IMG/VR virus record: IMGVR_UViG_3300048033_000643
DNA from: an uncultured virus (IMG/VR IMGVR_UViG_3300048033_000643)
Lineage: Duplodnaviria > Heunggongvirae > Uroviricota > Caudoviricetes > Crassvirales
Length of the DNA: 20,000 nt
Strand: one strand, 5' to 3'
Both the position numbers and the translations under genes were made by a program. Shown one piece after another: positions 14,307-20,000 of this stretch (positions are counted from its first letter, which is position 1; the number at the start of each line of letters is the position of its first letter). The notes below the pieces were generated by a model. It was not told the DNA's origin and searched no databases. It worked only from the letters and a program-made list of their open reading frames with translations.

Positions 14307-17300
14307 TTAAAAAGGAGATTTAGGCATGCCACTGCTTCTCCTATTACTAAATGGAGATTTAGGGCCAGAGGGTTTATTACTTTTTTTAGTTTTATTTTTC
14401 TTTTTCTTTTTAGGAATGTAAGTGTTTTCTTTTGCTTTTCTTGTTTTTTTATAAGCTCTAAAATTATAATCCATTATTGCCCCTGCCTCAAGCGGCAAAA
14501 ATCCTAATAAATATAATGTGTACATAGGAGCTTGAGCTAAAAGATCATTTTTATATTTTGGATCCATTTCTACTTCTCTACCATATCTATCTTTATATTT
14601 ACCTGTTGTCGCTAAAGAAACCATATCCACAATTTGCAAGGCTTTTTCCCCACCAATTCCTAACACACCTAACCTATCTAATAACCCTTCAGGCTGATTT
14701 ACAAAAAATTGAAAAGGATCATCGCTATCAAATGTTGCTATTAAAGCGTTAGTAGCTTGTAAAACCTCAGGATTCACTAAAGGAATTGGGCTAACTATAT
14801 CTGCAAAAGCTTGCCCTTTTCTACCTTTTTTTCTATTTTCAAATTGCTTTAACAAAGTTTCTTCATCTTCATCTGTTCCTCTTAGCGCCCTGGCCGCTCC
14901 AGCTAAAGATTGTGTTATAAATAATCCAACCGCATTAAATGTTGCAGTTTCTGCAACTAATCCTCCAAGAGATTTTCCAGCTTTTAGTTTATCTTGTACT
15001 GTATTTGATTTAGAAAACACTGCACCTAAATCATTATACATCCTTGTTTTTTGATTTAATAAAAAGTTTGCAAAAGGAAAAGCTACTTTTCGTAAAACCT
15101 GAAGAACTGGATCTTTACTTGCAAACAACTCCCCTTGTAAATCTACATCCGATGTATTTTGTTGTCTTGCAACCTGTTGAGTGGCATAATTTAACGCCTT
15201 ATCATTACTCTTGTGCGTACTCCAATCTATATTATTAGAATCAATATTTTGTTTTTTTAAACTTTCTAAATAATAAGCCATAAAAGAAGCTCTTGCCGCA
15301 AATCTGTCAGGATTTACAAGAAAACCTTGCAACCAACCTTTTTGAGCTTTATTAATTACATCCCCAAATTTTCCTGCTTTACCTGTAGAATCTGTTTCTA
15401 ATCTAGAATCTGTTCCTTCGAGGTTAGTCACTGCCTGCACTCCTCTATTAGCGATCTCAACCCCTGAATTATCTAGCCATTTTATTGCATCTGTGTTTGT
15501 ACCTATTAAATTAATTCCTTTAAAAACAGCACTAGGATTATTAATTGTATTTATAAAAGTATTAATTAAAGGAACCATTTGTTTTACATATTGAGTTGGG
15601 CCACCAAGAACTCTTGATACACCTAAGCCTGCAAAACGATTTAAATTTCTTAACCATTTTTCTTGTCCTTTTTGTAAACCTCGTTTTTTTTCTACATATC
15701 CTTTAAATCTTTCTTTTATTAACTTCCTGTCTTCTGTGTTAGGTATAATTTTTTCAAATGAAGGTGAAGACATAAACCCTTTTAATTGTTGAATTCCTGG
15801 AGCAGTATTAACATCGGTTAGAGCAGCTCTTAAATTATTAACATTATTACTATCAAAACCTAAATTTACATATCTATTTGTATTTCCATCCTTATCCATA
15901 GGCAAAACAAAAGAAGGTTTTTTAACTTTTAAAACTCCAGTCTCTTTATCATATACCGTCTCATTAGTGTCAGGCTGAAAAATAGGTTTGTCTAAACTTG
16001 GTTCTGATTCTACACCGTCTAATTTAGAAAAAGAATCAGGTGTATAATTTAAATCTTTACCTAAGGTTCTATTATATATATTTAAAGATACATCTTCTAA
16101 TTCAGGACGAGCTTTTGACCATTCATTAGTCATCCAGTCTACTGCACTTTTATTTATTGGATCAGTTTTTTTATCTACTTCATTTATACTGTTAGAGTTT
16201 TTTAACAATTTATCAAAAACTTTTTGATAATTTTCTGCTTTTTCGGTTTGACCATTATCTTTTAACTCTTTAATACTTAATTTTACAAGGCCCTTTCTTC
16301 TGTTAAATTCTTGGTCTTGTTCCGCTTCAGTTCCGTCAACTGTTCTTCTCATAAAAGCAAACACTCCTCTTTCAAGATCATTCTCTACATCATTAAATCT
16401 TTTTCCATTAGGCATTGTTTTAGTGTTACCTAATTTTACATTACTTCGTAGTCCGCCTGGATTTATAAATTTATCATAATACGCTTCAGTTATGTTTTGA
16501 GCAAGTTTATCAGCTTTAGCAACTCCGTTCCTTATAGTTGTAAAACCACTTATTTTTTCAAACAACAAAGCTTTGCTTTGAGATTTAAACATTTGTTCTA
16601 TGCTTTGAGGTATAGATGCTATGAATTTATTCCAAGCGTTACCTAACATTTTACCTCCAAATAAGAACTTTAAAGGTTTTGCATTTAATTTATTTTCATT
16701 ATCTACAGCATTTTGCCTTCCTTTAGCAAAATTAACGATAGCTTTTAAACCCCCTACACTTTGATTTGTAGCAAAGTTATTCATAGCAAGTAAAGCTTTA
16801 GCTCCATCTTCAGACGGTAAATTACTTATGTCAGTTTTTAAAAATTCAGATACAATTTTCTTGTCTTTTTGAGATATTTTAATTTCTTTACCAGTGAACG
16901 GATCTTTTCCTGTTTTAATAATTTGATCAACTACAGCTGAATATTTACCAAAAGCATTTTTTAAACCTTTAGCTATTACGCTTTTTTTTGTTTGTCTTAG
17001 TTTTGTTTTTTCTTCTGCGCTAAGATTATTAGTTTCAAAATTATAAAGAATTCTTTGCAGTTCGTTTAAACTAAAATCTTTAGGATCCAAGCCGGTTAAA
17101 TCTGCAAAAGCTTTTTGTTCCGCTTTAGTTTTAATTTTATCTTGCAACACTTGTTCTGCTTTAGTATATTTATCTATACTTTCTATATTAAGTGCTTCAG
17201 AAATTTTTACATCTCCTTTTTTTGAAGTTTTAATTGGAGTTAATCCTTGCACTACAGAATTAGCGTTAGCTACAAAAGATTCTAAATCATTAATGTTTTC

Positions 17301-20000
17301 GGGTTTTAATTTTATAAATTCTTTTGCAGAATTTACAACTTCAGCCGGCGCATTAGAATTTTTAATAAGTCTTTTAATTCTTTTAACAACCGATTTTGCT
17401 TTTTTAATTTGTTGTGAATTCTTTTTTACATCTTCTACTTCCGTCTTTTGGTTTTGCGTTTGACTTTCTGTTTCTTTTTGGCTCTGGTTGGTAACGGCCC
17501 CGGTGGTGTCTCCTTTGACCACCTTTTGGCCATCTCCGGTTTGTTTTTGTACATCCACGCCCTCTGTGCTTGACTCTTGAATGGCATCTTGTTTGTCTTT
17601 AATTAGTTCTTCTTGTTTCTTTAAAATATTAGCTTCAGATTCTAAAATAGCAGGGAGTTTAGATTTTAACCTCACTTCATTCTCAGCTTGTAAAGCTTTG
17701 ACAGCTTCTTCTTTAGTAACCTCAACAGTTCGTTGACCGTCTTTTTCTCCATCTATAATAGACTGAGCTTCTGCAACATCTCTTTCTTGTAATTTTTTTA
17801 TTTGCGCATCTACATCTTCAATTCTTTTGTCTATTTCTTCTTTCAAAGGCCCCTCAAGACCTTCTTTTTGGTCAATTAATCTTTGTCTTTGCTCCAGTAA
17901 ATCAGCTGCCTCCTCAACATTTTGAGACATCTTTATTGTTCCTTTTGTTTTTAATTCAGCAGCTTGCATATTATAAATTTCACTATATGCGTTTGCTGCC
18001 TCTTCTTTACTTAAAGAACCTTCATCAATTAATACATCTAAAGTTTTTTTAAGGTCTTTAACATCAGTAGCTAAAGTTCTGACTAAATCTTTTCTTTTGT
18101 TTCCAGTCAGTAATTTTCTACCTCCTAATGTAGAGGTAGCGCCAATAGTCATTACGCCTGTCTCTATTACACCAGCTGCTGTTATTTTTTGATCTAAAAC
18201 TTCGTTACCTATTTTTTGATTTACTAAATAGTTTATACCTTTTTCAGAAAAATATACAGGCAATTCTTCCACAAAAAGTTCTTTCATGTTTTCTTTTCCA
18301 AGAGCTAAACCTTTATCTACTAACTGTTTTTTTGTAAATTTTTTACCTTCTTTAATAGCTAGATTCTTAACCTGGTCTTTAATAGCTTGAAATCCTACAA
18401 GTAATCCTTCATTGCTACCAGCTAGTCCTGAAAAAATACCATCCAATGTTGATATGGCTTGACCTGCATTTACTGCAATATCCATAGCTTCTTTTTCGCT
18501 CATACCTGTAGCCATTAATTGACTTCTAATATCATCTACATTTTTTACTACACCACTTGTAAAAGAAGTAAGCCCCATTGATACTTTACCTGCTGTGTTT
18601 GGTTTTAAAACTTTATTCAAACCTGTAGCATTTTTAACTTTACCAGCAGTTCTAATAAGAGCAACTAAGTTTACAATAGTATTTACGCCTCCAGTAGCAA
18701 CCGATCCTCCTGTCCAATTTATTACTGTATTAGGAACGTCTTTTGACCTTTTAATAATTGAATTAATTTTCTCTTCAGACAATATACCCTCCATTCTAAT
18801 GTTAGAATTAGAATCATACACTGTACCATTGCCATCAACAATAAACTCCTCACCTTCAAAAGTTACAGGCTTGCCTTCTAAAAAAGCAGGTCTTTTTAAT
18901 TCACCCAATTCTAAATCAACCCTATCGCCGCTATCCGTAATCATCTCACTTACCCCCGCTAAAAAACCTTTTTTGTCGTATCCAAAAGTTGCTAAACGTT
19001 GGTCAATCATACCGGGAATTCCGCCAACAAAATCTGTTGCAAAAGAAGTTAATGCTGTACCTCCAGTTTTTAACAATTCAATACCGCCTGCTGACAACTC
19101 TGCTCCTCCTCCTTTTTTAAAATTATTGTAAAGCTCTCTTCGTCTTTCCAATTCATCATCAAAAGCCTGATCTTTATATGTAGGAAACGAATCTATGGCT
19201 GACTCTAACGAAGAGTAAGTATTCATAAACTCTTTTTTCAATGAAGAAGCTTCTTTCTTTAGTGCTTTTATTTCTTCAGGATTTGTCGATAAACTTTGTG
19301 CAGCTTCATTTGCCGCAATCTTATTAGTTATTGTATTTAACTTAGAGGCATTATATGATTGTAATTTTTCATATTGTCTTTTCTCTAACTGATATTGATT
19401 TCCTTCATCGGTTGGTAAAAGTTTTTTAAAAAATTTATAAACCGAACCTTCTTGCCTGGTATTTTTTTTCTCCCATTTCAAATAATCTTCCTGATCTACA
19501 TTGTTCTCCATCAATATTTCTTGATTTATTGTGTCAGGATTATTATAATCTTCTTCAGTTAATATTACCTCTTCTTTTTTTACTACTTTAGGGTTAGCTT
19601 TTTCGTATAATTTAATAGCTTTTAGAATATTTTCTGGAATTTCAGATTCTTTTTTTAAAGAAAACTCACCTGTTTCTGGATCTTTGATTTGATAAGATTC
19701 TCCAGCCAAAACCTTCATGGTATCTATGTTTTCCATTTGCGGTTTATTAGAATCGAAAAATCCTACAGAATTTAAAATATCTATATTACTTTGATTTTCT
19801 AATAAAGTTTGTTGATTTTCAGGAAGAGTTTCGTCAAAATCTATATCTATTTCTTCTTCAATTACTTCTGAACCAACCGAAGATCCAGGAGGCTGAACCA
19901 CTTCTGTACCTGATACCAATTCCTCTTCTTGAACAATAGGTTCGGAAGAGTCTTTTTTTTTTACAGAATCATTAAACCCATACTGTACTTTAAACTCCTC
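14307..20000 (-). CDS. Very large (>1897 aa, 5'-partial) probable virion structural or DNA-ejection protein
   Basis: The frame stays open past TTG 19919 to the window edge (EEFKVQYGFNDSVKKKDSSEP...). Helical and coiled-coil composition, Gly/Ala-rich hydrophobic segments and a basic C-terminal tail. Late-strand orientation. No catalytic motif recognised. Confidence 0.7.
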   Translation of the reverse strand, partial: EEFKVQYGFNDSVKKKDSSEPIVQEEELVSGTEVVQPPGSSVGSEVIEEEIDIDFDETLPENQQTLLENQSNIDILNSVGFFDSNKPQMENIDTMKVLAGESYQIKDPETGEFSLKKESEIPENILKAIKLYEKANPKVVKKEEVILTEEDYNNPDTINQEILMENNVDQEDYLKWEKKNTRQEGSVYKFFKKLLPTDEGNQYQLEKRQYEKLQSYNASKLNTITNKIAANEAAQSLSTNPEEIKALKKEASSLKKEFMNTYSSLESAIDSFPTYKDQAFDDELERRRELYNNFKKGGGAELSAGGIELLKTGGTALTSFATDFVGGIPGMIDQRLATFGYDKKGFLAGVSEMITDSGDRVDLELGELKRPAFLEGKPVTFEGEEFIVDGNGTVYDSNSNIRMEGILSEEKINSIIKRSKDVPNTVINWTGGSVATGGVNTIVNLVALIRTAGKVKNATGLNKVLKPNTAGKVSMGLTSFTSGVVKNVDDIRSQLMATGMSEKEAMDIAVNAGQAISTLDGIFSGLAGSNEGLLVGFQAIKDQVKNLAIKEGKKFTKKQLVDKGLALGKENMKELFVEELPVYFSEKGINYLVNQKIGNEVLDQKITAAGVIETGVMTIGATSTLGGRKLLTGNKRKDLVRTLATDVKDLKKTLDVLIDEGSLSKEEAANAYSEIYNMQAAELKTKGTIKMSQNVEEAADLLEQRQRLIDQKEGLEGPLKEEIDKRIEDVDAQIKKLQERDVAEAQSIIDGEKDGQRTVEVTKEEAVKALQAENEVRLKSKLPAILESEANILKKQEELIKDKQDAIQESSTEGVDVQKQTGDGQKVVKGDTTGAVTNQSQKETESQTQNQKTEVEDVKKNSQQIKKAKSVVKRIKRLIKNSNAPAEVVNSAKEFIKLKPENINDLESFVANANSVVQGLTPIKTSKKGDVKISEALNIESIDKYTKAEQVLQDKIKTKAEQKAFADLTGLDPKDFSLNELQRILYNFETNNLSAEEKTKLRQTKKSVIAKGLKNAFGKYSAVVDQIIKTGKDPFTGKEIKISQKDKKIVSEFLKTDISNLPSEDGAKALLAMNNFATNQSVGGLKAIVNFAKGRQNAVDNENKLNAKPLKFLFGGKMLGNAWNKFIASIPQSIEQMFKSQSKALLFEKISGFTTIRNGVAKADKLAQNITEAYYDKFINPGGLRSNVKLGNTKTMPNGKRFNDVENDLERGVFAFMRRTVDGTEAEQDQEFNRRKGLVKLSIKELKDNGQTEKAENYQKVFDKLLKNSNSINEVDKKTDPINKSAVDWMTNEWSKARPELEDVSLNIYNRTLGKDLNYTPDSFSKLDGVESEPSLDKPIFQPDTNETVYDKETGVLKVKKPSFVLPMDKDGNTNRYVNLGFDSNNVNNLRAALTDVNTAPGIQQLKGFMSSPSFEKIIPNTEDRKLIKERFKGYVEKKRGLQKGQEKWLRNLNRFAGLGVSRVLGGPTQYVKQMVPLINTFINTINNPSAVFKGINLIGTNTDAIKWLDNSGVEIANRGVQAVTNLEGTDSRLETDSTGKAGKFGDVINKAQKGWLQGFLVNPDRFAARASFMAYYLESLKKQNIDSNNIDWSTHKSNDKALNYATQQVARQQNTSDVDLQGELFASKDPVLQVLRKVAFPFANFLLNQKTRMYNDLGAVFSKSNTVQDKLKAGKSLGGLVAETATFNAVGLFITQSLAGAARALRGTDEDEETLLKQFENRKKGRKGQAFADIVSPIPLVNPEVLQATNALIATFDSDDPFQFFVNQPEGLLDRLGVLGIGGEKALQIVDMVSLATTGKYKDRYGREVEMDPKYKNDLLAQAPMYTLYLLGFLPLEAGAIMDYNFRAYKKTRKAKENTYIPKKKKKNKTKKSNKPSGPKSPFSNRRSSGMPKSPF
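17435..17587 (-). CDS. Nested overlapping small basic protein, 50 aa (MPFKSQAQRAWMYKNKPEMAKRWSKETPPGPLPTRAKKKQKVKRKTKRRK), in the +1 frame of the giant gene
   Basis: ATG at 17587-17585 and TAG at 17437-17435, with an A-rich leader. Local GC is elevated. The sequence resembles a small MPFKS.AQR.WM...P..AKRW..ETP..LP phage protein pattern that I recall as stand-alone ORFs. Confidence 0.65.
   Translation of the reverse strand: MPFKSQAQRAWMYKNKPEMAKRWSKETPPGPLPTRAKKKQKVKRKTKRRK

Noticed and set aside
18595..19131. 178-aa + strand ORF and other antisense or nested ORFs (128..439, 568..789, 3388..3573, 3792..4016, 4093..4323, 5220..5408, 6203..6490, 7762..7968, 8057..8239, 10424..10633, 13112..13845, 14558..14752, 15044..15238)
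   Set aside because: Shadow frames of well-supported genes, with biased composition and no recognisable motifs.
14307..20000. Giant ORF as a crAss- or N4-like virion RNA polymerase
   Set aside because: No catalytic DxDxD motif in a polymerase-like context in the visible part. The IDIDFD stretch sits in an acidic low-complexity linker.
1..20000. Stop-codon reassignment, integrase/att site, DGR or retron
   Set aside because: Genes read through fully in the standard code, and no suppressor tRNA, integrase or reverse transcriptase motif is visible.

Overview
AT-rich, gene-dense segment of a tailed dsDNA phage genome. The host is most likely Bacteroidota (Flavobacteriia-like): starts are A-rich without Shine-Dalgarno motifs, there is a TAnnTTCG-type promoter, and the primase has a BT4734/VirE-N domain. 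Positions 1-13972 (+ strand) form an early/middle region: a SprT-like protease, a Gp88-like protein, about 20 small translationally coupled hypothetical ORFs, tRNA-Met(CAT), a DnaA-domain-IV-like protein, a recombination module (DUF1071 annealase, PD-(D/E)XK exonuclease, SSB), a primase-helicase, a SNF2-like helicase, a VRR-NUC nuclease and a metallophosphoesterase. Positions 14052-20000 (- strand) hold a small gene and the 3' part of a >1897-aa probable virion/ejection protein. Most notable signals not explained by the ORF track: (1) a 50-aa basic ORF (MPFKSQAQRAWMY...) nested in the +1 frame of the giant virion gene; (2) a polar array of at least 12 GTTTAAAC palindromes, 9 of them in the first 6.2 kb; (3) a pseudoknotted structured RNA candidate directly after the tRNA; (4) a D-arm-less tRNA-like element before the primase; (5) two copies of a hairpin+GGATTTGGTGGTAG leader element with different stem sequences; (6) a candidate -1 frameshift site near the window end. 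All protein family calls come from motif recognition by eye, not from database searches.
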